From: Vitrella brassicaformis CCMP3155
Taxonomy: Eukaryota > Protista > Chromerida
Direction: 5' to 3'
Assembly (NCBI GenBank): GCA_001179505.1
Contig: CDMY01000511.1
Span: 1 to 64,000 of the forward strand
Length of the DNA: 64,000 bases
Part shown: positions 46,788-60,000 of the stretch, one piece after another
How the letters are laid out: each line of letters starts with the position of its first letter
How positions within the stretch are numbered: position 1 is the stretch's first letter
Notes under the pieces: generated by a model
Database searches by the model: none
The model's input: only the letters and a program-made list of their open reading frames with translations
Told to the model about the DNA's origin: nothing
Translations under genes and position numbers: made by a program

Positions 46788-49700
46788 ATGCGTGTGCATC
46801 GGATCTTTTTCGCCGCATTAGTTCTCGTTCTCCAATGCACCTCCCAGGCCAAGCCCAACAGGTCAGCCACATTGCCAGAAGAGAGGAAGATCTCTCCAGT
46901 GCTGCAGGCGCAGATCTCTCTCTGTACATGGTGTGTTGTGTGATGCGCAGGAAAAAGGTCAGCCGGGCATTTTTCCATCGCATCCGCTCAGCCGACGGCA
47001 CCGGCAGCAAGATCAGTAAGCCGCCACAAGAACTCCAACACACTCCGTTTCCCCTCGTGTGTTTGGCCCTGCAGATGCCCTCCGTCATTCGTTGGATGCC
47101 CTTCGCAGCCGCGTCAACCGCTTCAAGAAGCTGCTGCTCGGTGCCGAGCGGGTGTTGCAGTCCGATGAGGCCATCGTGCGCCGCAGTCATCTGGCGCATG
47201 GGAAGAAGAGAGGCTTGCACGGGCAGATCCCGCTGGAGAACAATGACGACTCGAGTGTGCAGGACTGGGCCGACGACCTCGTCAGCGACCCCGGCGATAT
47301 CATGGACGCCGGCGACATGATGGCTGGAGGGGCCCAAGGGGAGAAAGAGCACACCACCCACCACCCGCCGCCAGAGACGCACCATAATGACGCCTCCTAT
47401 CCCCCTCCTCCCCCGCCACCCCCACCTCACGACCCCTACTATGCGCCTCCCTCGCCGCACATGGACTACTACCCACCCCCGCTTCATACAGAGGAGAACT
47501 CACCCCATCCGCCGCCGTATGAGCACTATCCGCCCCATCATGACCATCACCACCACTACGATCATGGCCATTCTTACGACCCGGCACACACCCACGACCC
47601 CAGCATGTACCCGCCGATGGTGACACACGAGCCCGACTACATCGATGTGAATGACGAGGCCCACATGGGCCACGTGGAGCACTACCACCACGACATGGGG
47701 GAGTGGCACGAGCACATCGACAACGGCACGTATGAACCCTTCCACGCTATGGACAGCTACCATGTCGAGACCATCTGGGACTATGGCCTCATGGTGAGGC
47801 GAGAAAAAGATATAGACAGACATGCTCGTATGCCTCACGGTGTCTTCGCGCGCGTGTGTGTGTGTTCAGAATCCCGGTGCTCCTTTGTATGTGATGGATC
47901 TGGGTTTGGACGCTCACTACGCCAAGGTCATCATGCCACATAACCCAAACCCGGTCAGTCAGCAAGACACGCACAAACACATACATTGAGACTCAGGGAT
48001 CTTGCTATTCGTCCCCGATCTGTAGGTTGTGATAGCGGGAATGCCGACAGCGTGGGGTGAGCCTGAGGTCGTGGTTCGCATCAGCGAGGTGACGCCGGAG
48101 TCGTTCCTTGTCCATCTGGAGGAGAGCTCCTGCCTAGATCAGTGGCACGACTGGGAAAATGTCGACATTATGGTTGGTGGGGGCAAGCAGGAATGGGTGC
48201 CTGCTGCTTTGAGGAGAAGGGCACGTCACATATGTGTGTGTGTGTGTGTGTACTTGTGTGTACTTATTGTGTGTGCCAGGTGCTGGAGGCAGGGAATGGG
48301 CGAGACCTGAACGGCATCCAATACTGGGGTGGGTATACTGTCACGAAATGTTCTCATACAGTCAGTCACATGAGCATCTCCTTACCTCCCCCCTCCCCCC
48401 TCCCCCCTCCCGCTCTGTCTGTCTGTCTGCCTGTACAGCTGGCAAGACCTTCATCCCCGGCGACCAACAATGGCATCACATCCACTTCCCCGACATGCTC
48501 GACCAGCCGAAAGTCTTCGTACAGGTCCGCACATGCACGCGTCACTCAATCAAACGAAGGAACCTCTGGCCCATTCTCTTCCCCCGTTTGTCCGGATGTG
48601 TGTGTGCAGGTGCAGACGATGGCGTCCGACAGGATGTTTGTCAAGGCCCGTGTGCGCAACGTGACGGAACTTGGGTTCGAGGTGGCTCTCGAGACCGAGG
48701 GGATCGACCTCGTCAACGAGGACGAGCCCGACACATTCATGGGCGAAGGTCAGCTGACTGACGAGACACCTTCCTGTCGCTCTCACTGTCCCCTCGATTC
48801 CCCCGACTCACGCCAATGTGCAGACGTTGGGTGGGTCGCATTTGTCGGCTCCGAGGGCAGCTGGATCGACGGCGCAAAAGTCAGAGTCGGAGAAACGGTA
48901 TTGACAGGCAGATAATAGGAGGAGACATTTACGTGTGTGACGATGTTTTCGCGTGTGTCTCAGCACGACGTGGGGTCGCACTGGCACTCGATCAGCACAC
49001 ACGAGTTTACGGGATGGCCGTGGGTTTTCGGGAGCATCACGTCATTCGACAGCAAACAGGCAGCACGTAACCAATCCGACACGAGATGCGTCTCCTCTGA
49101 TTGCGATTGTGTCGGTGTATGTGTGTATGTACGGTGCTGCAGATTTGCGCAAGGACGGCATGTCGATGGACAGCCAGCACTTCTCTGTCAAAGTGCAGAA
49201 CGAATCGTGCACCGACCCGTTAGGCACTTTCACAGATACAAACACACACAAGGCCGCCCCACTGCTTGCCTGTCTGTTTGCAGCGACGAGATAGATGGCC
49301 CTGCGGGCGGCGAGTCAGTGGCGTGGATCGCATTCGACGCACCACGTAACACAGACACACAGACACACAGACACACAGACACACAGACACACAGACACCC
49401 ACACACACACACACACACGGGGAGAGAGGGAGAGGGAGAGAGACATATGGGGACACACGGCTGCCTGCATATGGAACATGCCCTGGTGTCTCCTCTCTCA
49501 GGGTGCTTCCCCTGTCCTCCCTGCTACTGTCGCCCTCCGCCCCCACCAAATGAATGCGATGGTGAGAAGAAAGAAAGACCTGAGCTGTCAGTGGTCCGTA
49601 TGCGGCCCTTCCGTGCTTCCCTCAGACACGAAGGCCCAGCTGGCAGCGGAGCTACATACATACGAAGCCATCCTCGACCAAATCGTAAGCGGCACGCACA

Positions 49701-51470
49701 CATCCACCCAACCAGACACACGCAAACCCCGCCCCATCTCCGTGTGTGCCTTTTGCTGCCCGCGTATGTGCAGTGGGAGGAAATGAACAAGAAGATCCAC
49801 GCCATCACGGCAACAGAGGCCCACCTCATGGCCGCCGGCTGCGCCCCAGCCGACTACCCCGGCCCACCACACGACTATGACGACGGCGGATGGATGTCAT
49901 TCACACAGAGGACGGCAAAGCAGCGGAGACACATCCATCACAATCACCGCGCCACAATGCGACAAAGGGGCGGTGTTGGGTCGGGTGCGTCGAGGGCCAC
50001 TGATTGGGTGAACGACCGGAGGCGTCGAGAGAGGGCCATGCAGCTGAGGCAGAGGCATGACCCGGGCGCCCACGACCACCACGATTACTACGAGTGTCCG
50101 ATGTGCGACATGTGCCACTGCCCCGCACCGCCGCCACACGAGGAGCAGTGCTGGTGTAAGGCAGACGACACACACACATACACACACACACACACGTGTG
50201 TGCAGGGGGAAAGAGGTGAAGGCATGGTGTGCTGGTCCTGTTGTTATCTGCAGATGACGTCATGGAGATGCAGTATGATCTGTCTTACTTCCAAATGGAC
50301 ATTAACAACTTCGTAAGACAGCAAAGACACACACAGACCTGTTGTCATTGTCAATATCTCCATCTCCATCTCATCTATCTCTCTGTGTGTGTGGCTGGCT
50401 GCATTCAGGAGTGGGATTTGATGAACATGGAGCACTACTTGACGTGGATCAAGGACCAGCGGCAGGAGTGCAAGACACACCAGGAGGAGACACAGAGCCA
50501 GGGGGCCTGCGCAGGCCTCGACCACGGCAACTGCACACAATACTCTTACTGTGCATACCTCACCTTCCCACTCCCCAACCACACCGTCACCGGATGTGTC
50601 GACTGGCGGTCATTCGCAGGTCAGCGACCCCAGCAGAGAAAACGTCAACATGAGCAGACACGTGTGTGTGTCTCTCCCTTTTCATCAGATCGTGAGTTCG
50701 ACACCTGCAATGACTTCAGCCACTCTCTTTTCGGCTTCCTGAATCTACACTCGCCCAACGTGATGCACATCCCACCTGGCCATGGACCCATCTACACGGA
50801 TAACTTCGACCCCCACAACACCGAGCATCCCCACCCATCACACGAGACGGAATACGACGTCGGCAGCGCCGACCAGCCGACGGCAGAGCCCTACGAACAT
50901 TTCCCCAGCGACATGCCGCACCATCCCTCGCCACCCCCTCCTCACGATGACGGGTCTTACTATTCCCCTCCCCCACCCCCACACACTGACTACTACCCGC
51001 CCCCTCCCCCACCCCCTCCTGCTGACCACTCGCCGCCACCAGAAGAGTATGAGGATTATCCTCCAGGCCCGCCACACGAGGGAGAGCATTCACCCCCGTC
51101 GCCCCCTCCACCAGCAGCAGCAACGGATAGCAGCCCCCATCCCCCGATGGCCATGATGATGCCCACCCGCCTCCACTCTCATCTGTACGCCTCGGCGATG
51201 CACATCCCCGACCCAGGCCACCCTGGCGAGCACCCCCCGGCACATATGAGCGACGGAGGCTTTGGCGCTTCCTCGGTCGAGTGCGGCACGGGTGGGGGCG
51301 ACTCGTGGTTGTACTGGATAGCCAGTGGCGACATCATCGACGACTCCCTGGGGTGGGACGGCCATGACGATAACGTCACTGATGCGGGTGGGTTCTCAGG
51401 TGTGGTGCAGAGACCCGTGCTGCACCGGGTGGCCAACGGGAGGGGAGAGGGGGCCAGGCAAGGCAGATAG
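46788..51470 (+). CDS. secreted His/Tyr/Pro-rich protein with about three H-type-lectin-like repeats and Cys-rich segments; 3' end uncertain
   Basis: Signal peptide MRVHRIFFAALVLVLQCTSQA (ATG 46788); exons splice in frame into 47059..; repeats such as WHHIHFPDMLDQPKVFVQ/VQTM...ARVRNVTELGFEVAL...E..DVGWVA and WHSISTHEFTGWPWVFGSI...FSVKVQNE...ESVAWIA; YYPPPP and HDHHHHYDH tracts at 47380-47790 and 50790-51240. Confidence 0.75.
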
Positions 51471-51542
51471 ACACACAAGGGTAGACAGGGCTTTGCTTGA
51501 GACGGCCTCTGTAAGCCAGTCAGCCCGTTTTCGGCAGGGCGT

Positions 51543-54500
51543 TTGAATGAATGTTGTTGAGGCTTTGGTAGTGAGGTGTTTGACTGTCTGCACGAGAGAC
51601 TGATGGATGGTCGGATGGATGGATGGGTCGAATGTCGACTCACGGCGGTGTGCATTCATTCAATGGAAAGTATCGCACATAGGCAGCCGCACTGCATCAG
51701 AGTCCGCCCATCCATCCATCCATGCGGCATGTATGTAGTCAGAGAGGATTGAGCGACCGATAGATACGTATACACATCTAGCTACACAAGGAAAGATGCA
51801 CCCATGCAAGCCAGGCCAGGCAAGGAAGGCAGATTGATCCCAGCTCACCATGTGCGAGGGTATGGTATGCAGGCTGGTAGGTAAGTATGTACATGCTAGG
51901 CAAGGCAGATACGCACCGCCAAAAAGGTATACCAGCCAGCACAAAAGGCAGGCCGCATTGACTTGACGAGGGGAAACGAGGCACACAAACCACTTCTCGG
52001 CCCCCAATTGTGTGTGTGTGTGTGTATGGTGCTCTTAAACGAATAAGGATAGCGCACATGCTATCTCCTGGCGGCAAATGGGGCAGACGCGCTCGCTCTG
52101 CGGCTTGGCCATCAAGTTGTCGGAGCACTGCTGGCACACGGACAGATGCCTCTGACACACACACACCCCACAACGACACATATGTCAGCCAATGCCTCCG
52201 CGTGTGTGCGTGTGTGTGTTGCGTGCTTACACATGGGAGGAAGGCGACGCACCTGTCCCGCTCGAAGCACTCGCAGCACAACTGCGCTGTCTCCTTTTGC
52301 TGCGTCTTGTTTAAGGGCGACTCACTCCTGACCGGCTGCTGCTCGACCTGCACGTTCTGCAAACACCTGAACCCCTCCCCCACCCCACAGACGCACAGAC
52401 AACATATTTGGCAGTGTCCCACGTCCATGGTGTTGGCTTACTGCTGCATATGCGCGTCGGCCTCTTTGCGGAGCGCCAGCATCTCACGTTCTTTGCGCTC
52501 CAGCCCCCTCAGGCAAACGACGTACAGCTTCCTGGCGAAGACGTCGTGGCGCTCTCTGGCACGCTTGGTCAGCTGGTCCAAGTGCCGCTCGACGTCCTGG
52601 CTGATGCCCACCAGCCGATCCAAACGGCCCGCGTCATGGCACTCCTTGATCTGCTCCTCAATCAGCTGACGCTCTTCCTCATCGGTAGCACGACTGCATA
52701 CACCACACACACAGACATGACTGCCATCCATTCGGCCGTGTGTGTCTCTATGTTCTCTCACATGAAGTGCAGGCCCATGAGCTTGCGATACTCATTTTCG
52801 AGCTGTGACTCCCCGCTGCCCCCAGCCCCTCCCTGCTGCTGCGTGGTGTCTAAGGGCGACTCACTGCTGGCCGGCGATGGTGACGGACCGGACGCTGTCA
52901 CGCCCGGCTGCTGCTGCACTTGCACGTTCTGCGAAAACCTGAACGCCCACCCCCCATAGACGCACAGACAAGAGACTTGGCAGTGTCCCACGTCCATGGT
53001 GTTGGCTTACTGCTGCATGTCCGCCTGGTCGGCTCGGTTGGCCCTCGCGAGCGCACCAACAGCGTCCTCCAAGATGACGCGGAAGTCTCTGGCACGCCTG
53101 CTTAGCTGCTCCAAGTGAAGCACACCGTCCTTGCTGATGCGATGCAAACGGTCCGCGTCATGGACGTCGTTGATCTGCTCCTCAATCTCGGTAGAATGAC
53201 TGCATTCAGCACACACAAACAGATACGCAGACACGCCGTCCTCGCGTGTCTGCTCCGCTCACCAGAAGTCCAAGCTCAAGGCGGTCTGGTACTCCCTCTC
53301 CAGCTCCCCGTTGGACAAACGGATGAGCAGCTCATTGATCATATCCTGGCGCTCCTTGAGGATCAGCATGATGTGGAGAGGTCTGCAGGGGCCAGGGACC
53401 CGGGCAAGATGGCGGCTGATGTTGTCGAGGGCCTCGTGTGCATGACGGACCATCCTCTGACTCCGCCAACTGATGCATGGGCCAACCCAAACAGACACAG
53501 ACAGACAGACAGACAGACAAAGAGAAGGAAATGGCACTGTTGCCGTCTTTGAGTTGAGCGCGTGCCACGGACCTTGCGATGAGAGTCTTGATCTCGTCAT
53601 CAGCCGTGAAGTACCCTATGTGGCACTCTTCCATGTAGGAGGGCCTGTCTTGCGTCCCGTTCACATTGAGCTGAATGCCCTTCATCTCCAATGTTCTCTT
53701 CACCTTGACGATACGCCTGCACACACACATACACACACGCACACACACACAGGGACCATGTGCCCACCCTCTAACCGTCGTCTGTAAGTGCTCTGTCTCG
53801 TTGTCTTCCTTACTGGTATAGATGCTTCTTGTCGGCCTGAGACGCCGGCATGGCGGGCAGGTCTCTAAACGTGACGACACCTACATGCAGTGCAGTGCCA
53901 CGCACACCACATCCAACACACGTGGCAGGCAGGCAGGCAGGGAGGCTCTAGTTGTCTACCGTGAGATGTGGTGCGCGACTTGTTTGTGACGGCACTGCTC
54001 TCAACCAGCCCATCTTGGCGGTCCTGCACACACATGACACCCCACCACAGACACACCATCCATTCGACGCTTTCCCTCCCGTCGTGTTGCGCCTGACTGA
54101 CCAACTGACCTTCACGGCGTAGATTTCGATGTCCTCAGCAGTGAAGTCGACACACCCCACCAGACTCTCCCACTTGGTGATGAGAGACGCGCGGAGTGCG
54201 AAATCGACTTCCCCCCTGGTCCTGCTCGGCCATACGAAGTGACAGACGCGACGGAGGTCACCGGCAGGGCCATACACCACCCCAGGGTCATCAGCAGGGA
54301 ACAGCATGTCATCCGTCGCGGAGAGGCCATATCTGGCGTAGCCCAGCCAGAGGCGGCCTCGTCCGATGGCCACACTGCCCGTCGGCCACCCCACCATGTC
54401 CGTCACTGCCCCCAATGGCCCCACCACCTCCACCACCCAGTCTTCCTCCGGCACCTGCACCCTCGTGATGCCCTCATCCTGGCTGATGGAGAAGAAGGTC

Positions 54501-56865
54501 ACGGGGCACTTGATGAGCGCCGTGTGAGAGTCGGACCGGGGGGGCGGGAGAGGGAGAGGGTTGCCGAGTAAGCAAGCGAGTTTGTCTGTGTCGGTGCGCT
54601 TGACCACCAGCAGGAGGGGCGTGGCTTTGTCGATGAGGTGGCGGTGCTTGGCCACCTGCAGAAGGGAGCTCCCCACGCCGACCTTGGCCATCATTGTCTC
54701 ATACGACCAGCCGTCACGACGGCCCCTAATCGGAGAGGAACAAAACGCAAGGACACGATGGTGCTCTGCACATTCTCTTTGTGTGTGTGTCTGCATTGCC
54801 TGCCTCACTTGTAGAGGAGCTGTGCGCAGGCCTTCCCCTCCCATGCCGCGTTGACCAGGTGGTTCAGCTGCGACTCGGGCAATACGGGGCAGCTACCTCG
54901 TCACTCCAAACCTGCCCACGATTAGACACACATCAATTAACTCGCAACCTGCTCTAGCCGACCCACCCACCCACTCACCTCATAGAATTCGATGCCCCGA
55001 GCCCTTCCGACCATTGCACCGGTGCCTTTGAATGAGTCTGCGCCGTTCCGCAGGTGCACCGTCCGCTGCTGCGTCTCCTCCGCAGATGGGTCGAGACACA
55101 CGCGGCACTTGCGCATATCGTCGTCCTTGCCGACCCCGAGCCACACCCGCCCGCCGGCCAAGGCCACACGGCCCTTCACTGTCTCATCGTTGGTGGCCTT
55201 GACGGCGCCAGTGACACCGCCGTGGACTCCCGCGGCGACGACGAAGTGGTCGTGCTGTCTGTCGTCCTCAGGCGGCAGTGTGGTGGTGATGATGGGCTTA
55301 TTGCCTTCCTTCATGGTCATCCTGTGAAGGGTGACCTTGCGGCCGGTCAGCTGGGGGCATGTGCTGTCCGTGCGGAGGGGGAGGGGGCCGTCAATGTGGC
55401 AGATGAGCCGCTCCGCGTTGTTCGTCTCGAGGACCATCAGGCGGCCTCGTGACGAACCACCGCCACCCAGGTGGTCCAGGAGGTCAGCATACGGCACAGC
55501 ATGCTCCTCACCAACACAGCTCCTACACACGCACACACACACACACACACACACACGTGTTATGCTTCTGAGCGTGCCCTTCCCTTGTTGTTCGTTTCCG
55601 TACGTGTAGAGGTGGCGGATGTTGTATTTCTTGCCCAGGATGCAGCGGTAGGCTTGCTCGAAGATGCCATACATCTCACACGCATCAGCCAGCCCCCTCG
55701 GGTCGTCAGAGGAAGGTGGATATGCCGGGCCGGCGCCCTCGATCCCGCCGTCACCCGAGATCCGAATGCGCCGCGCCCAGTCGACCACCCTGCACATAGG
55801 AGAGAGAGAGAGAGAGAGAGACGGTCCCAGACAGCACCCGGTATGTCGTGTACTGAGTGGTGCTGTGGCTTGCGTGGCATGCACAGCACGCCACAGCTGA
55901 CGTGCGTACTTCTGGAAGTGTAGGACCTGCTTCTGGAACTGCTCCACAGTCTCACCCGTTCCTCGCGAAACAGTCGTGCTAAACCTGTCACTGGCACAAC
56001 ACAACACAACACACACACACAGAGCCAACGATGGGTGAATTGCGACGCTTCCTTCCCTCCCTCTAACTGACTGACCGACCGGTCAAATCGGCCTCTGAGT
56101 CCCTCGAAATGTTCCAGCGTGGCATCGGTTGTGGACACCGCGCATGTGCCGGTGCTGCCGTCGGTGAAGGTCATGGTCTTGACCTCCCGCCCGCCCGTCC
56201 CGCCACATTCGGTCTTGATAAAGGGCCCCATCACGGTCTTGAAGTCACGGAGGGCGTCACTGCTCTCGTCACCGGGCTGTGCGTTGACGGTCAGGTCGGG
56301 CGGTGCTGGGCTGCCCTGCGCCTGGGTGTCGGTGCTCATCGATGTGCGGGCGAGGAAACGGTGGCGATACTCAGAGAAGTCCCACGAGTCCAAGGCACCC
56401 GTGTCCACACCACGCAACAGCCCAGCCAACCTGTCAGCCAGAAGCACCCAGCAACAGACAGAAAGGTAGCTGTGAGTGACTAACTGCCCACGTGTGTGTG
56501 TGTGTGTGTGATGCACTCAACTCACCGGATGAAGTACTCTGGATCAGCGTCTTTGAACGGGATGCCTCTGTCATCGGTCAGCAGCCAGTCCTCAAAGCGA
56601 AGCAGCACTGTGATGGGCGTACCCTGCCACTCAGAACGAAGCAGTTCAGCTACCGGGAAGTCGATGACACGGCCGCCGACGTTGATCTTCATCATTTGAC
56701 TGTTGCTGCCGCTGCTGGTGGTGGTGGCAGGGCTGCTCGTCATCGCGCTCTTCATCGTTGTTTCTGCGCCGCTCGCAACACAAGCAGACATGCAGCACAA
56801 GATGCAGTTGGCATTTTTCTTGCTGTGCTTCCTGCAGGTTTGGCTCACTTGTACCGTAATGCGAC
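51543..56865 (-). repeat. inverted paralog of 30738-36476 (whole BTB-TLDc-RING cassette with introns and 3' flank)
   Basis: Reverse complement matches in exons, introns and the 3' flank (ccatccatcagtctc...accaaagcctcaacaac). Confidence 0.92.
52035..56755 (-). CDS. BTB/POZ - TLDc - TLDc - coiled coil - RING protein, copy B (appears more intact)
   Basis: MKSAMTSS start (56755); BTB; two TLDc-like domains; RING LCCECFERDRCVAFLPC/.HLSVCQQC...CPICR; TAA at 52035-52037; no stop at the position where copy A has TAG. Confidence 0.8.
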
Positions 56866-57099
56866 GGGGATGATTCCAAGACCAGGAAGGAGATGGCTTC
56901 CAGCTCGCAATGATATCAACGGCTCGGACGAACGGCTGCGTGTTTGATACTTATACTGGACACGTGTGATAGACATCGCTATTGACGCTCAAGCATGACT
57001 CGCAAGCGGCAGATCTGGCGGCCAGCCGGCCGGCAGCAAGGTACTGAAGCCATTGATGGTGCATTCTTTCGGCTGTTGCTGATGCATCTCATTTCCTGC

Positions 57100-60000
57100 A
57101 GGTGGCGCCCTCGCTGAAGCCGCTTCGTCGTCTGCTGATGGCGATTGTGCCGCTGATGGCGGTACGGAGGATAGCGAGGCTGCCGCGGCCGTTTTCAAGG
57201 TACATGATCACAAGCAGCAGCATCCAATGTGTTGTCCAGTCGTCCTTCTTTGGTTCGTTTGGGTGCTGCTGAACGACAGGCCATTCGGATGCAGGGCTGG
57301 TTCGGTATCTCTGTGGTACGTAAGAATGCAACGACAAACAAATGGCTCAAGCGGAGGTGGCAGATGCATTCATTCTTTTGTGTTTGCCGTCCGTGTGTGC
57401 GCAGCCTCGAGAGCTCCACGTCGACGTCTATGCATTCGTCAATCCCATATGGTGTCTGAAGCCGCCCCTGCCCTCCCCACTCAGCGGCGTCGTCCTGCAG
57501 CACCACACCGAGCTCGTCATCGACTACAGCATCACTCGGCAGCGGAGATTCTGGAGCAGCATGGCGCCGCAGACGGCATACGAACTCGGCCAACAGATGA
57601 TCAACCTCACATGTCTCGTCCATCGGATTCCGCGGACACCTGATGGGGCAGAGGGGACCGAAGATGGCTACTTGGGGCACGGTGCGTTTGCTTGGTGCCT
57701 TGGGGTCGTCATCGCACTCGTCGAGGGCCATGCGGCGGGACGGCAGGCGGCGCGCGACAAGGAGGGACCAGCCACCGGCATGCCCGAGGGCTCGCTCAAG
57801 TCACTGAGCTTCGAGCCGGTGGTGTGTCCCAACACCGGACGAGACGAGATCAACCAGCTTAACAATACCAATGCCAACCCCCCGGCTGCCGCCCCTTCTC
57901 AAGCCATCAACCTGCCGGCACTCACCGAGGCCAGCGGGGTCCACATCGCCCACTCGGTCATCGATGGGCGGGGATGGGCCATGCCAGCGATCAAGTGTGT
58001 GTCTGCACCGTTGTCCGACGAGATAGCGCCCATCAGGCCATTCGTTGCCACGGCGAGGTCCCTCGTCAATCTGGATGGGGTCCTGCCGGCGCCATCACAG
58101 GTAGCCGAGTTGCTGGCGGCAATCCCAGTAGGGCAGCGGTGGAGGCAGGGGCCTCTGGCGAAGCTGCGGACGATCGGCTCCATCAAGCTCTACGAAGTCG
58201 AAGCGGGTGATCTCACAGACGGCCTTCGGGACCTCCAGGTGGGTGACATAGAGAGAAACACAGGAGGCCAGAGATCACATTGACGCCTTCTTGGCTCTGT
58301 CGGGTGTGCTCTTCTTGCTTGCAGACGTGCTTGGTTGGTCGAGGCTGCTCGAAGTCTCTGGATCTCCTGTGCGTAGAGGTGCATCGCAACGACTGTCATT
58401 CGCTGATCCTCAACGACTACTCGACATTCAAGGCCCTCGCCTCACTGATCGACGCGACCTGCTCGCCCTCGGGCACGGTCAGCATCTGCAGTCACCCCTT
58501 TGCCGACGAGGAGGTGCGAGACATCCCTCTCCCCCATCTGCTGGCCTACACCCGGTTCGATTTCAGCAAGCTGCCTGCCTGCGGTCTTCCACTGCTCAAT
58601 GCGCTGCTCCAGACATACGCTGTCTCCAGACATGCGCTGGTCTCAATGCGGCATGCGCTGGATGAAATTCTCCCCTCTGCCCGAGAATCAAGGCGCATGG
58701 CCCGATCTTCTCCCAATGCCGCTACGTCTGGACGGTCACGCAGGACCAAGTCGCCCTCCCCCAGAACGGCCCTATCGCTCACAGCATGCAGAGTGGGCTG
58801 GTGTTGCGAGGCAGTGGGACTGAGGGATACAGCATTTCCATCGAGTGTGCGGACGGATGGACCCCGCCACCCGATGCGGTCCCACCTGAGCCGCCCGAGA
58901 TCGAGGCCTTCAGCCCGATCGGGCTCCTTGCGGTGACAGGTCTGACCGTCAAGAGCCGCATCGGGCTGGGAGTGGCCAACATGCTGCTGAGCAAGGGGGC
59001 GCAATGCGATCTCGGCAACGTGCAGCTGATGGACATGGCGCCTGCAGACGTGCTGGACCTGCTCAAGGGCATTCGGGCGTCGCAGATGCCGAGCCAGGTG
59101 CAGCTCGCCTCCCTGACGCCCTCCTGGCAGCTGCCTGTGCCGCCCTTTCGACGGACGGCTGGGGAGAGTGCAGACACTCACTGCCAGAGGGGACATCGCC
59201 ATCCGCCTGGCGGCACTCATGAGACCCCTCATGACCTCGCTGGACCAGCTCACCATGTCCGGCAGTGAGACAGAGGCGCGCCAGGTCCTCATCAGCAGAG
59301 GCTCAGGCGGCTCCCCTCGCCAGATCAACGGCCTGAGCCTGGGCTTTGTGTCTGAGGCTGGCCGTGAGCTCATCAAGGCTGAGGACGAGAGGGAGGGCAT
59401 CACACTGGGCGATTACAAGGATGACCTGCCAAGCATCAAAAATCTAATCATGCACCTAGACGGTAAGTGGCCAAGAGATGGAAAGAATGCGCTCCACGTC
59501 TCTGTGCCTCCGTGTCTCCATGTCTCGGTTGTTGCAGTGCCGTCTGCCGCTGTGGTTGATCCGGGGACCTTCATTCTGTCGAGCATCTGGTCGGCCCTCG
59601 AGGTAGAGTCCATCTCTCAGCTGGGGGTCGTCCTGCCCCAGCACCCCCATCTGGATGCCCTCAAGGCAGCGATGCAGCGACGATTTGCTCCCCAGCGGAT
59701 AGCCATCCAGCCCCAGCGGATAGCCATCCACGGCATGGACACAGAAGTGCGTTACGTCATGACGGCCGGTGCACATCAGATCTTCAGCTTCATTTACCTC
59801 TCGGGAGGGCGGATAGAGCTCTTCATGACCGCAGAGCACATCGCAGCGGTAAGAAAAGACACAAATCTGGGTAGATGCGCATGGAGGGAAGGAGGCACCC
59901 TGTTATTTCCTTGCAATGTGTCTGTGTTTATCCACCAGTTGCGCAAGGCGGCATTTGCCTACTCGTCGACTGGCTACCTCCCCTCCCTTCCACCCGATGC

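Noticed and set aside
54660-54690. 27-nt GT...AG segment in copy B as a new micro-intron
   Set aside because: It is in frame and stop-free, and copy A has a differently bounded deletion, so intron versus coding cannot be decided without cDNA.
56990-57340. Minus-strand ORFs 56989-57337 as upstream exons of BTB copy B
   Set aside because: The plus strand has better splice-flanked exons here (GGALAEAASS...AVFK; SSRPSLVRLGAAERQAIRMQGWFGISV) that belong to the third TLDc gene.
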